From positions 160,388,984 to 160,438,998 of the forward strand of contig NC_068982.1 of assembly GCF_001194135.2 (NCBI RefSeq): DNA of 50,015 nucleotides. Reading direction: 5' to 3'. This DNA comes from Octopus bimaculoides. Its lineage: Eukaryota. Each line of letters starts with the position of its first letter. Within the stretch, counting starts at the first letter, position 1. This document shows, in pieces, positions 12,600 through 24,013 of the stretch. Both the position numbers and the translations under genes were made by a program. The notes under the pieces were generated by a model that was given only the letters and a program-made list of their open reading frames with translations, was not told the DNA's origin and made no database searches.

Positions 12600-12900
12600 T
12601 CAGGGAAGAAATCTCAGTTAGTGTCGTTTGATGCAGGCAGCAAACGTTTCTTCCTTAATATTTAAAATGTTATCTTTTGACTGGATAATATTTAGTTCTT
12701 CAGTGATACAAAGCTCACACTTGGTAACCCTTCACTTGTATTTCCTGGCTCTTGCAAAAACGCTCCATGTTATCTGGGGACTGCTTATTCCTTCTTCTTT
12801 CAATGTCCATACCATATTCTATAGAGATGACGAGCCTACATTCATCTACAGAAAGGAATGAGTAGAGAAAACAGATGGTGAGAGGAAAAAAGTCAGAGAG
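12600..12900 (-). mobile_element. Penelope-like element 3' fragment (GIY-YIG endonuclease C-terminus)
   Basis: Minus strand 12818-12618 reads MVWTLKEEGISSPQITWSVFARARKYK*RVTKCELCITEELNIIQSKDNILNIKEETFAACIKRH*. This matches the PLE pattern W.LK...I.W.I..A..Y....KC.LC..E..I....LN...E....C.H. The frame is not in the ORF track. Confidence 0.72.
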
Positions 12901-14065
12901 AAAAAAAACGTGCGAAAATAATGCATGTGTCGGTATGTTACCCAAGCATTATCAATGAGTTGATAATTGCTGTACAATAGAATATATCAATATATTTTAG
13001 TCAATACTGTAATATTCACATTTATGCACCGCATCTTTAAATACAGTATTTCTGTGACAGAGCAAAGGGATCAAGAGAAATAAGATTAATACAGTATTAG
13101 GATTACATGAGTGGTTGTGTAACTTCTTTTGGAACGGTGCTAAATCCGCTATTAAGTGAATCGGACAAACTGATTTGTACGCACAATGCATTCCTGAGAG
13201 ATTTATTCGATTAATAACTATAAGGCGCTTTAAAAATTCTGTTGTTTGAAGAACATAAATACGCATTTGAAGCATCATATTGTGTAATAAAGCGATACAA
13301 CAGCCCGAATATATATGCTCTTCAGGCGAAACTTCGAATTAACATGTATTTTTAAGTTGTGTATGTTAATAAATGTATGAACATTTTGCGTAGGCAAATA
13401 GAAACCGATACAATTGGTACTGGGTGACATGTTCGATTAAAGCCGTCAAGGTGGTTCCCCAGTTTCGATACAATTTGATTAAATAAATTTTAGAGTCGCG
13501 CGCACCTGTGTGTGTGTAAACGTGGTATTAGTTCCAACATGCTTAAGAGATACTTGAAACCCTACAGTGTTAAAACCTGCAGCTTGTCTGGAGGTGTATT
13601 CTCGCTTAGACAAAAACGAGAAATAAGCATCATAGTCATCTAATAGATAGATGCATGCATACATTTTAAGTAGATATCTTCTCAACAGCACCAAATACAA
13701 ACTAGTCCATTTGAAACTGACAAGGTTTCTATTATACAAGACCAATCCAAATAATTTGACTGGTTGTGTTTTCGGATGATGAGAAAATAATTACATCGAA
13801 ATGCATGCCTCGAGCTGTTAGTGTTAACAGAGTAGCACAATTCAACATTGACTCTGGCTACCTGTACTCATATTTGCTTCACTGTAGAATACTGATCATC
13901 TACATCTACTCCGACTCCTCTTGCAGTGTGAGAACATTGTTCTCGGTAACTTTTTCGAATATCAAAATGCGGATTAGATGAAAAATTGAGTTACGTCAAT
14001 ATGTTCGCAAGGCTAATTGAAATAAATGACGATTGTGGAACGTCCCACGTTCGCAGGCACACACA

Positions 14066-14119
<54 letters not shown>

Positions 14120-14630
14120 NNNNNNNNNNNNNNNNNNNNNNNNNNNNNNNNNNNNNNNNNNNNNNNNNNNNNNNNNNNNNNNNNNNNNNNNNNNNNNNNN
14201 NNNNNNNNNNNNNNNNNNNNNNNNNNNNNNNNNNNNNNNNNNNNNNNNNNNNNNNNNNNNNNNNNNNNNNNNNNNNNNNNNNNNNNNNNNNNNNNNNNNN
14301 NNNNNNNNNNNNNNNNNNNNNNNNNNNNNNNNNNNNNNNNNNNNNNNNNNNNNNNNNNNNNNNNNNNNNNNNNNNNNNNNNNNNNNNNNNNNNNNNNNNN
14401 NNNNNNNNNNNNNNNNNNNNNNNNNNNNNNNNNNNNNNNNNNNNNNNNNNNNNNNNNNNNNNNNNNNNNNNNNNNNNNNNNNNNNNNNNNNNNNNNNNNN
14501 NNNNNNNNNNNNNNNNNNNNNNNNNNNNNNNNNNNNNNNNNNNNNNNNNNNNNNNNNNNNNNNNNNNNNNNNNNNNNNNNNNNNNNNNNNNNNNNNNNNN
14601 NNNNNNNNNNNNNNNNNNNNNNNNNNNNNN
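14120..14630. other. Assembly gap (N run)
   Basis: N run after (CA)n. Confidence 1.
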
Positions 14631-14716
14631 GACTATAAAAGATGATTCCACGAACAATTTACTGTGATACAGCCCTCATGTATTTTCTTTTCTTTTCTTT
14701 GTCGTTTTATCTCTAA

Positions 14717-15136
14717 ATGGTGGTGGACAAGGTGCACCACATATGCTATATAGTTGATGTTTCATGCCCCTTTGACCCACGAATAGTCAGGAAGGAAAGC
14801 GAAAACGTAGTTAGAAACAACACTCTTAAGTACCAAATAGCCCGGCTATAGTAAATGAAGAAGGTGAAGATAGTGCCAATTATTGTTGAGTCCTTGGGAA
14901 CAGTTTCAGAAGGCACCAAGAAGAATATAAAGGAAATTGGAATAGGGTGCCCAGTAGAACTGTTACAAAAGGTTTACCTCCTTGGCACGTCCAGAATAAT
15001 CTTGAAAGTATTAGATAGCTGAAAAGAACGAAGAGCATGGTACCGTAGGCTGCAGGCAGTAAGTCCGCTACGCATGGAAGACTCCAGGAGCCCCAGCGAA
15101 ACCTGTGATAAAGAGAAAATAGCAATAGTAATAATT
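14717..15136 (+). mobile_element. 3' end of an R4/Dong-type (REL endonuclease) non-LTR retrotransposon, with 3' UTR and AAT tail
   Basis: MVVDKVHHICYIVDVSCPFDPRIVRKE...LKYQIARL*.MKKVKIVPIIVESLGTVS...ELLQKVYLLGTSRIILKVLDS* (stop at 15020-15022). This is the typical REL C-terminus. It is followed by ~100 bp of UTR and TAA-rich sequence. Confidence 0.82.
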
Positions 15137-15351
15137 ATCCATTCTACTAAAGGCACAACGCCTGAAATTCGGGGGAAGGTGACTAGTCGATTACATCGAC
15201 CCCAGTGTTTCACTTGTACTTAATTTATAGACCCCGAAAGGATGAAAGACAAAGTCGACCTCAGCGGAATTTGAACTCAGAACAAAGCGACGGGCGAAAT
15301 GCTGCATAGCATTTCACCCAGTGTGCTAACGGTTCTGCCAGCTCGCCGCCT
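15137..15351 (-). mobile_element. tRNA-derived SINE, family 1, copy a
   Basis: The minus strand starts AGGCGGCGAGCTGGCAGAACCGTTAG (A-box-like) and contains GAGTTCAAATTCC (B-box-like), the central GGTCGACTTTG.CTTTCATCCTTTCGGGGTC motif and an ATT tail. It is homologous to 15367, 18818, 43209 and 43487. Confidence 0.9.
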
Positions 15352-15366
15352 TAGCAATAATAATAA

Positions 15367-15581
15367 TCCTTTCTACTATAAGCACAAGGCCTGAAATTTT
15401 GGGGGCGGAGAGCTAGTCGATTAGATCGACACCAGTACGCAACTTGTACTTTATTTATTGACCCCAAAAGGATGACAGGCAATGTCGACCTCGGCGGAGT
15501 TTGAGCTCAGAACGTAGAGGCAGATGATGTACCGCTAAGCATTTCGCCCGGCATGCTAACAATTCTGCCAGCTCACCGCCT
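15367..15581 (-). mobile_element. tRNA-derived SINE, family 1, copy b (tandem with copy a)
   Basis: Same architecture as copy a, colinear over ~215 bp. Confidence 0.9.
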
Positions 15582-15779
15582 TAGCAATGATAATAAAAAT
15601 ACTAATAATAATAGTGACTGGACGTGTTCTTTGCTGCTCTGACAAATCAGCAGCCGAAGACACAGACATTCTAATACAACCCAGCAGAACAACTGAAAAG
15701 TAACTTTCAAAACTAGAACAGCTACAATCTCCTATGTGTATTTTAAACTTCCCTCAAAATAAGTTTAGAAGCTTACATA

Positions 15780-16200
15780 TCTACATTTTTTCGGGACGAA
15801 CACACAATCGAACATCTTTAAAAACTTTTAAAAACTTCAATATTTATAGCTTCTGTGAATAACTATCCCTTCTTTTCTCCCTCAGTTTTCGAAAATGTAA
15901 ACATCCTTTTTATTGTAGGAACACTACTGTTTTCTTTGCTCGCACATACAAACGATTATCCTTACAAAATTTTAAAACTTCATGAAAATTGTACCGTTAT
16001 TTTCTTTCCTTTCCTTTCTTAAATATTTGAGAATGTAAGCATCATTTTCATTGCAAGAACACTACAATTTTCTCTGGTCGGACATACAATGTTTAGAAAA
16101 TTGAAAACTTTAATATTTACAACGTTCTGTGAGAATTGTACCCTTCTTTTCTCCCTGACTACTCGAATATGTAAATATAACCTTTATTGCAACAACAAAT
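15780..16200. repeat. Degenerate tandem repeat, ~137-bp period, ~3 units
   Basis: GA(A/G)AATGTAA.CATC.TTTT.ATTG.A.GAACACTAC recurs at ~15891, ~16029 and ~16166. TTCTGTGA...CCCTTCTTTTCTCCCT recurs at ~15851 and ~16124. Confidence 0.75.
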
Positions 16201-16379
16201 TAAACGCACGATAAAAATTAAGGCGATAAGCACATGCCAATATATAGAAACTACACAATTACGAAAACTCTAAACAACACCAAAACCTATAAAAAGTATA
16301 GGAAAATTTTGAAAAATCCCACTCGCCACAAAATACAAAATTCAAAATTTCAGGGATGTAAACATCAATATATATATAT

Positions 16380-16815
16380 ATATTGATAGTTATGGCCAAG
16401 CCAACATGGCAGTCCAAAAAATAGAACGAAGGCAGCCGTTGATTAGCTCCAAGAGGCCATCGTCTCTACCTAGCTATGTGGCACAAGAACCAGTGTCCAT
16501 TATAACCTACGAACAGAGGAGGTCAGCCACTTCCCCTTGCTGGTCGGGCATCTACAGACTAGTTTGAGAGTATTTACGCCTTATCAATGTAGAGCAGCCG
16601 AACCCAGCAGGAGTCGCTACTGACCTGAAACAACCTGAAACTAGTCTGTTGATGCCAGACAAGCAAGGGGAAACGGCTGACCTCCTCTGTTCAACGGTTA
16701 TAATGTTCGTGTGTCACATAGCTAGCTAGAGGCGATGGCCTCTTGGAGATAATCAACGGCAGCATTCGTCCTATTTTTTGGACTACCATGTTGGCTTGGC
16801 GATAGATATTAATAT
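16380..16815. mobile_element. Foldback/MITE-like element with ~180-bp inverted arms and a 72-bp spacer
   Basis: 16380-16565 is the reverse complement of 16638-16815, about 88% identical by manual alignment with one 8-bp indel. It is non-coding and abuts (TA)n on the left. Confidence 0.85.
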
Positions 16816-16878
16816 CCAGTACCGCTGCCGGAGTCTCCTTTAGTGAGACTTAGAAATATGAATATATATATATATATA

Positions 16879-17036
16879 NNNNNNNNNNNNNNNNNNNNNN
16901 NNNNNNNNNNNNNNNNNNNNNNNNNNNNNNNNNNNNNNNNNNNNNNNNNNNNNNNNNNNNNNNNNNNNNNNNNNNNNNNNNNNNNNNNNNNNNNNNNNNN
17001 NNNNNNNNNNNNNNNNNNNNNNNNNNNNNNNNNNNN
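16879..17036. other. Assembly gap (N run)
   Basis: N run. Confidence 1.
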
Positions 17037-17279
17037 TATATGTGTTGTTGTACTTGGGGATGGTCATATTGCCAGTTTAGCCAATAAAAACACACGCACT
17101 GTATATTTGGTGTTAATTTGCTTCAGCTTTATATTACATTAATCTTAATCTTATTTCGGCCAGAGTTCTTTCGTCACACTTCTGTGACCTCATCAGTGGT
17201 CCTTTGTTTCCTTCTTTCTTATGTGTGTCTCACCTTGCTGTGTGTGTGTGTGTGTGTGGGTGCGTGTGTGTGTGTGTGC

Positions 17280-17312
<33 letters not shown>

Positions 17313-17344
17313 CATATATACTTACATACACTCACATATTATCA

Positions 17345-17620
17345 TTATTATTATTATTAATATTCCATCAGTGATTTACAACAGAACAAGGTGATTTGAT
17401 TGTGTCCAAGGCCAATGTCAGCGCTCTCAGTGATCGTTACTAGTAGTAAGCACACTTGACCTCTTCTGATTGCAAAGGTAAGACGCTTCTTTTGTCTCCT
17501 GATCGCACAGGAATGCGAAGCTCCATTGTTAATCTTCTCACCATCTACCGAACCTCTTTACAGACCTATGAAATTTGTTTTATTCACCAAGCTACTTCTC
17601 TTTCTCCAACTGTCCACTCT
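17345..17620 (-). mobile_element. Possible old non-LTR retrotransposon 3' end with (AAT)n tail
   Basis: The minus strand ends in AATAATAAT. Frameshifted peptide pieces (EKEK..KF, EEVKCA...RSLRALTL) loosely resemble the R4/Dong C-terminus. The match is weak. Confidence 0.3.
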
Positions 17621-18106
17621 AACACTCACATATTTATGATTATCTCGAGTACAAAACAAAAGTCGTAACTAAACAATATTTAATAACACCACACAGTACT
17701 AGGAGTAAAGATGACATCTCAAAACGGTTACAATACCAGCGTTTGTAGGATCGGTTGCAATGATCCAAAAAGAATAGAAAATTATTTTATAATGGTGACT
17801 GGATTACCATCCATGGAGGAAGTGGAAAATATTGTCTTAACTGGTAGCTCACATGTATTGAGAAGTTCCTTTATTTAAGTGTAGTTAGTACATCACTGAG
17901 GCTAGAAATCTGAAAGTAAATATTAAACTTTCAAATCGTGAAGATGCTATAAAAAGCAATATTTTTTTTTTTTTAATAAAAAATCAAATGAAGAGCCTAA
18001 CATGTGTCGGAGGTCAAATTATTCATGCACCACAAGAATGGAAGCAATTGATGAAGCCGTTTTCGTGTGAAAAGCAAACACACACACATATGTCTATTTA
18101 ATATAT

Positions 18107-18795
18107 NNNNNNNNNNNNNNNNNNNNNNNNNNNNNNNNNNNNNNNNNNNNNNNNNNNNNNNNNNNNNNNNNNNNNNNNNNNNNNNNNNNNNNNNNNNNNN
18201 NNNNNNNNNNNNNNNNNNNNNNNNNNNNNNNNNNNNNNNNNNNNNNNNNNNNNNNNNNNNNNNNNNNNNNNNNNNNNNNNNNNNNNNNNNNNNNNNNNNN
18301 NNNNNNNNNNNNNNNNNNNNNNNNNNNNNNNNNNNNNNNNNNNNNNNNNNNNNNNNNNNNNNNNNNNNNNNNNNNNNNNNNNNNNNNNNNNNNNNNNNNN
18401 NNNNNNNNNNNNNNNNNNNNNNNNNNNNNNNNNNNNNNNNNNNNNNNNNNNNNNNNNNNNNNNNNNNNNNNNNNNNNNNNNNNNNNNNNNNNNNNNNNNN
18501 NNNNNNNNNNNNNNNNNNNNNNNNNNNNNNNNNNNNNNNNNNNNNNNNNNNNNNNNNNNNNNNNNNNNNNNNNNNNNNNNNNNNNNNNNNNNNNNNNNNN
18601 NNNNNNNNNNNNNNNNNNNNNNNNNNNNNNNNNNNNNNNNNNNNNNNNNNNNNNNNNNNNNNNNNNNNNNNNNNNNNNNNNNNNNNNNNNNNNNNNNNNN
18701 NNNNNNNNNNNNNNNNNNNNNNNNNNNNNNNNNNNNNNNNNNNNNNNNNNNNNNNNNNNNNNNNNNNNNNNNNNNNNNNNNNNNNNNNNNNNNNN
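18107..18795. other. Assembly gap (N run)
   Basis: N run between (TA)n tracts. Confidence 1.
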
Positions 18796-18817
18796 ATATA
18801 TATATATATATATAAGG

Positions 18818-19025
18818 CTTTGTACTAACGGCAGAAGGCCTGAAATTTGGGGCGGAGGGGGGGACTAGTCGATTACATCGACCCCAGTGTTTCACTAGTA
18901 CTTAATTTATCGACCCCGAAAGGATGAAATGCAAAATAGACCTCAGTGGAATATAAACTCAGAGCGTAGCGACGGTAGAAATACCGCTGAGCATTTCGGC
19001 CGACGTGTTAACGATTCTGCCAGCA
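18818..19025 (-). mobile_element. tRNA-derived SINE, family 1
   Basis: Colinear with 15137-15351: GGCCTGAAATTT...CTAGTCGATTACATCGACCCCAGTGTTTCACT.GTACTTAATTTATCGACCCCGAAAGGATGAAA...GATTCTGCCAGC. Confidence 0.9.
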
Positions 19026-20269
19026 CACAGGTATGTATGTATGTATGCATGTATGTATATATGTATGCGTACGTTTTTGTATGCATACGTGATAAATGTC
19101 GGGATTAAATACAGTACTTCAAAAAAAGACACTCCTGCACAAACTCATACACACAAGGCCACACATATGCATCCGCGCACACAATTGCACACAAACACAC
19201 AGACGCACATTGCGCTATGCATACAAACATACATACGTATATGTGTAAACGCATGTTTATATGTATGTATGTATGTATGCATGTATGTATGAATGTGTGT
19301 GCGTATGTATAGTCATATTCAATATCTGCATCTCTGTTAGTTTCTTTGTTACAATTTGTTTTCCCCTTAAGTGTTATGTTTATAATTGTCTCCCTCTGCA
19401 TACACCCTACAAAGACGTATATTTTTCTGTAAAATTCTCAACTAAATAACACCATTATTCCTGCTTATTTATTCATTATTTGTGTTTTGTTAAATGAATG
19501 AATGTGTATCAATCAGATGAGGTGTAATAATACATAATATAAACAGAATAAACACACACATACACACAAATACACATAAACATTCACTCACAGGCACATA
19601 AACGCCCCACCAACAGCCTACTTCAAGAAGCTACACTTATAATTGAAATATACATTTCCTAAAGTAATATGAAGTATCTGCAGGAAAGTGAAATTGAAAC
19701 AAATTTTATGCAATTAATTTTAATGGAAAATATAATGCATTCTGAAAATAGAACAATTGTTGCCAGTCAATTTTTCTTTCAGTAATGTCAAAATAATAAA
19801 TAAACAAAAATTAAAAAGTAAATGTAATGAATGAAATAAAATACGTAACAAATAGATTGATGTTGTTATATTTACATAAAATATGATCTTGAGTTCAACC
19901 ATTTATATTTATTTTCAGCAGTCAAGTAATTAAGAAACGGCGTCATAAACACTTCTTTCTCCTGAATCTTACGAGTCTCTCTCTTTCCTTCCCTTTCTCT
20001 CTCTGTCTGCCTCTCGCTCTCCATCTATAGCTGTTTCTGAGGTTTCAGTCATTTTCTATCTTCCTAACCACCTTCCTCGAATTCTTTATATCGAACAATT
20101 GATGTCTTCTATAGTCATCATAGCACTGTTTGCATTCTGCTTCATCTAAATCTATTTTAATCCCACAATTTCTATTTTATCTTTTTTACTCCATTCACAT
20201 ATGTTGTCTTCTAATTCTTTATCTCTCATATTTCATCCCTTTATTCATATTTCGTCTTCCTTGCGCGCA

Positions 20270-20318
<49 letters not shown>

Positions 20319-21730
20319 AAACACATACACACATACACACACTCAAACATACATACGCAAGCACACACACAGTTATTATCATTTGCACATTTATTTTGTG
20401 AATTAACTTTATTTTATGAAATATCTGTATGCCTTCAATTGAATCTCTTAATTATTTGTTCTTCCTCCATCATTATTTATTCACAGCTAATAATAATTTC
20501 GATTCACCTCTATCGCATCGGAGTTTGTAAGTCTATTTTCTTATCTATCAATATACATATATGGGTATTTACGGGTGCGTGTGCAGATATGTGAGTTTGA
20601 GTATGCATATATCTATTTTATTTCTTTCTTCATGTTTCTTCATTGAGAATTATTTTTCTCTCAGTATTCCTATACCAGTATATTTATTTTTCCCAACAGT
20701 TCACCTGATTCATCTTCGCTATTTACTGTTTTCATGCTCCTCCCTTCTCCATCCACCTTTTCCTTTTACTTTCTATTCTTTTTTTCCAATGTGTATTTTC
20801 ATTTCCAATACATTTGTTGGTGATAAATAATACATTCCTTGCGTTTAAAATAATTAAAACGCAACAAGGTGAACTAGTGCACATTATTATTTAAAAATTT
20901 ACAAACATGATAGAAGAACATCAATAAAAAATCAAAAACAAAATGCATCCGCATAACTAAAGAAAGTGACTTTGGTAATAGGCGATCAATCATTTAGGTT
21001 AGAGAAATATTGGTTAAATATTTAGTTCTTTATTTATCTGTCTATTTGCTTTTGCAGTTTTTGCTGATAGAGAGGAACTATAAATATTTTGCTAAATTTT
21101 ATCGATCAGTTTTATGAATCTAAAATAGTTGTAGCTAGTTTAATGTTATGATATGTAATTTCAAAGGAAGTTTGATTGCCCATGATATCAATTTTTTTTT
21201 TTTTTCATTTAAGAGGCGTTATTACTCGTAAATATTGTTGTGACCACCAGTAGGGAGCAATTGAATATTGAGTGCAGAGAGTATTTATACCAGAACAGAG
21301 AATATGTTATTTTACTAATTTTGTCTTGGGGAAAAGAGTTTTGCTGTGGGCTTCCAAAGACCTCTTAGGTAGCACTTGCTAATATACAACTGAAAAAGGA
21401 AGTAAAAAAAATATGAATAATATCATGGGCCAAAAGTGCCCACAATCAAAAAGATATAAGGAAAGATATAAGAAAAGCTACTAAAACTGAATTTAAAAAT
21501 TTTCGACGGCAATAAATTTTCCAATAGCGGGACACTCTGCCAATGGTAATTCAGGGGAAACATCGCCCCATACAGATAGAATTACTATGCCATTTCCAGA
21601 GAAAGTGACCACTCCTGGTTTATTTCCTCTTAGAAAATCATGCCCGTACTATTATCTCTTCGTTACAAATCAAAAAGACTCAGACACAAAACAATGCTTT
21701 GAACGAAATAAAGAAATGAATGAATAGATA

Positions 21731-22135
21731 GGCGCAGGAGTGGTTGTGTGGTAAGTAGTTTGCTTACCAATCACATGGTTCCGGGTTCAGTCCCACTGCG
21801 TAGCACCTTGGGCTAGTGTCTTTTACTATAGCCTCGGACCGACCAAAGCCTTGTGAGTGGATTTGGGAGACGGAAACTGAAAGAAGCCCGCCGTATGTAT
21901 ATGTATATACATATATGTGTGTTTGTGTGTTTGTGCTTGCCCCCCGCCCAACATCGCTTGACAACCGATGCTGGTGTGTTTCTGTCCCCGTAACTTAACG
22001 GTTCGGCAAAAGCGACCGATAGAATAAGTACTAGTCCTGGGGTCGATTTGCTCGACTAAAGGCGTAGCTCCAGCATGGCTGCAGTAAAATGACTGAAACA
22101 AATAAAAGAGTAAAAGAGTAAATAAATAAATAAAA
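21731..22135 (+). mobile_element. tRNA-derived SINE, family 2 (CORE-like body, internal GT/TA microsatellite)
   Basis: GGCGCAGGAGTGGTTGTGTGGTAAG (A-box-like), GGTTCAGTCCC (B-box-like), CCTTGGGCTAGTGTCTT (CORE-like), and a 3' GGCGTAGCTCCAGCATGGCTGCAGT..GACTGAAACA with a TAAAAGAG tail. Homologous to 26933 and 34530. Confidence 0.88.
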
Positions 22136-22139
22136 GCAA

Positions 22140-22700
22140 GTCTCACATTTCGAAATTCTGTTTTCGAGCGATTTATTTTCAGAATAAATTATTGACAGTC
22201 TAAAACATATAGTAGGATTATTCATTAAACATTGCAATTTACGATACAGATAAAATTTTTGATGACGGGTTGGGTTAGTTAAGGAGTTTGTGTTATACGT
22301 CAACATTTAGGATATATCTGTAAACCTAAGGGCTAGGATTTTTTATTAGATTAATGTTTGTGAATGATTTTAAGAAAATGATTGAATTTGAGCATTTACA
22401 GATCGTGTTTAGGAGATTCGGGTTACACGTATATTTCAGAATATGATTAATATTTTGGGATAGGTTCAAATTATTGATATTGGAATAAGATTAGGATTTC
22501 GTTTTAAGATAAAAGAAAACAGATATTTACAGTTGGAAGGCTTTATTTATGTTGAACATTGGTTAAGCTTGCATATCATTCATATTTCTATGGCCGAGAA
22601 TTAATTAAGACTCACTAATCAACACTAGGGATCTATGGAAATTGGGTTTATGGAGCTAAATGTCTTTTAAGAGTCGTACTACAAGACATTGAGGAGATAT
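22140..22700 (-). mobile_element. Possible highly degenerate Penelope-like 3' end
   Basis: Strand-skewed tract. Minus-strand pieces ILKYTCNPN..ICKCSN..FLKS..NL and RHQKFYL resemble the GIY-YIG C-terminus. A CTGAAAA...GCTCGAAAAC remnant lies downstream. Confidence 0.3.
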
Positions 22701-23280
22701 TTATGTGCACAGACGGCATGTTCCTATTCAACTACAGTAGCAAAGGCACAACCCTCTATGTGGTTTTCTGCTGCATGTTCTTGTATGTATATTCTCTTAT
22801 CTTATATGCAGTACTACTATAATAATACCTCTGTATCCTAACATCATAAATGATGTTAGGATACAGATAAGACATTACACGGAATTTCTCTTACAACCGT
22901 GAACTCTCTACCATCTATTTTTAATTTGTCTCAGTTTCTGTAACAGTACATTTGTACAGTATGAAGTTGGAGTATTCACTGTGTTATCTCGATATTCAAA
23001 CTACTATGAATATACATGGACCTTTGATAATTTTCAGATCTCACCAATCAATCTATTGTTCCTTTTATCTCTTTTGTTTAGCAACATGACCGGTTTTATC
23101 GAAAAGAAACTGTTACATATCTATCTTCGTTTTCTTTTTCTGTAGCTTCAATGGAAACATTGGAAACTTGAGAATAAAAAGGGCACTCATAGTTAACAAG
23201 TACACCCCATGTATTAACAACAGATTTGAATTGCATGCACTTGATTTGTCGTTGCAACAACGCAGAACAAACTTCATATG

Positions 23281-23328
<48 letters not shown>

Positions 23329-23963
23329 TACACACACACATTACAGACCAGATAGGTCAGTCAACAACAACTTTTTTCTGAAGAGTTTTTGAGGCAGACC
23401 TATATCTGAAATTTTGAAGTACAAGGTAAAATTACAAACCATCAACATGTATTTTTTTACAAACTTCGACATTTTGTGTAATAATTGATCAGCTGCGGGC
23501 GCAATGCAATTTTTCTGGAAGTAAGATATTTTTCAGTCTCCGTCCTCACTCTATTGCTTATTTAAATATTTAGATTGCAGGCAATCTAAAATGTGTAACA
23601 AAATGTTATAGCTTATGAAAATACGAAAGAAAGCTATTATGTTTTGAATAGCATTTTAATTCGAAAGGAATTTTTTCTCTATCCGTGTGACGTGTTGTAT
23701 ACGGCATACTTTAGTTATATATTTATATTATGATTATAGTAAATATATTTCTTGTAATTATAAAACATTTGTGGGTGCCGAGAAAGTTAAATTAAGAAAG
23801 CTTTAGATTGAAGCTATAAAGGTATCGAGATTTACAGTGTAGTTCGACTTGTATTTATCCATGACACACATATCACACACGCACGCACACACACACACGT
23901 GTATGTGTGTGTGTATGTGTGTGTGCGTTTGTGTGTGTGTGTGTGTGCGTGTGTGTGTGTGTG

Positions 23964-24013
<50 letters not shown>

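Noticed and set aside
13395-13470. Very degenerate SINE family 2 3' remnant (also a head remnant at ~42395-42440)
   Set aside because: Too short and diverged to call with confidence.
13766-13990. Minus-strand frame ending ..GVDVDDQYSTVKQI* resembling a cytoplasmic tail
   Set aside because: The nearest acceptor places a stop in that frame, and there is no homology support.
15120-15600. CRISPR-like repeat-spacer pattern (three short direct repeats)
   Set aside because: The context is eukaryotic, the 'spacers' are homologous ~215-bp SINEs, and there are no cas genes.
21412-21728. ~100-codon stop-free + frame (..GHSANGNSGETSPHTDRITMPF..)
   Set aside because: No start codon near its 5' end, no convincing donor site, and no recognisable domain.
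21731-21810. tRNA-like sequence (also the heads at 15351, 15581 and 19025)
   Set aside because: These are SINE heads with A/B boxes. They have no complete cloverleaf and continue into repeat bodies.
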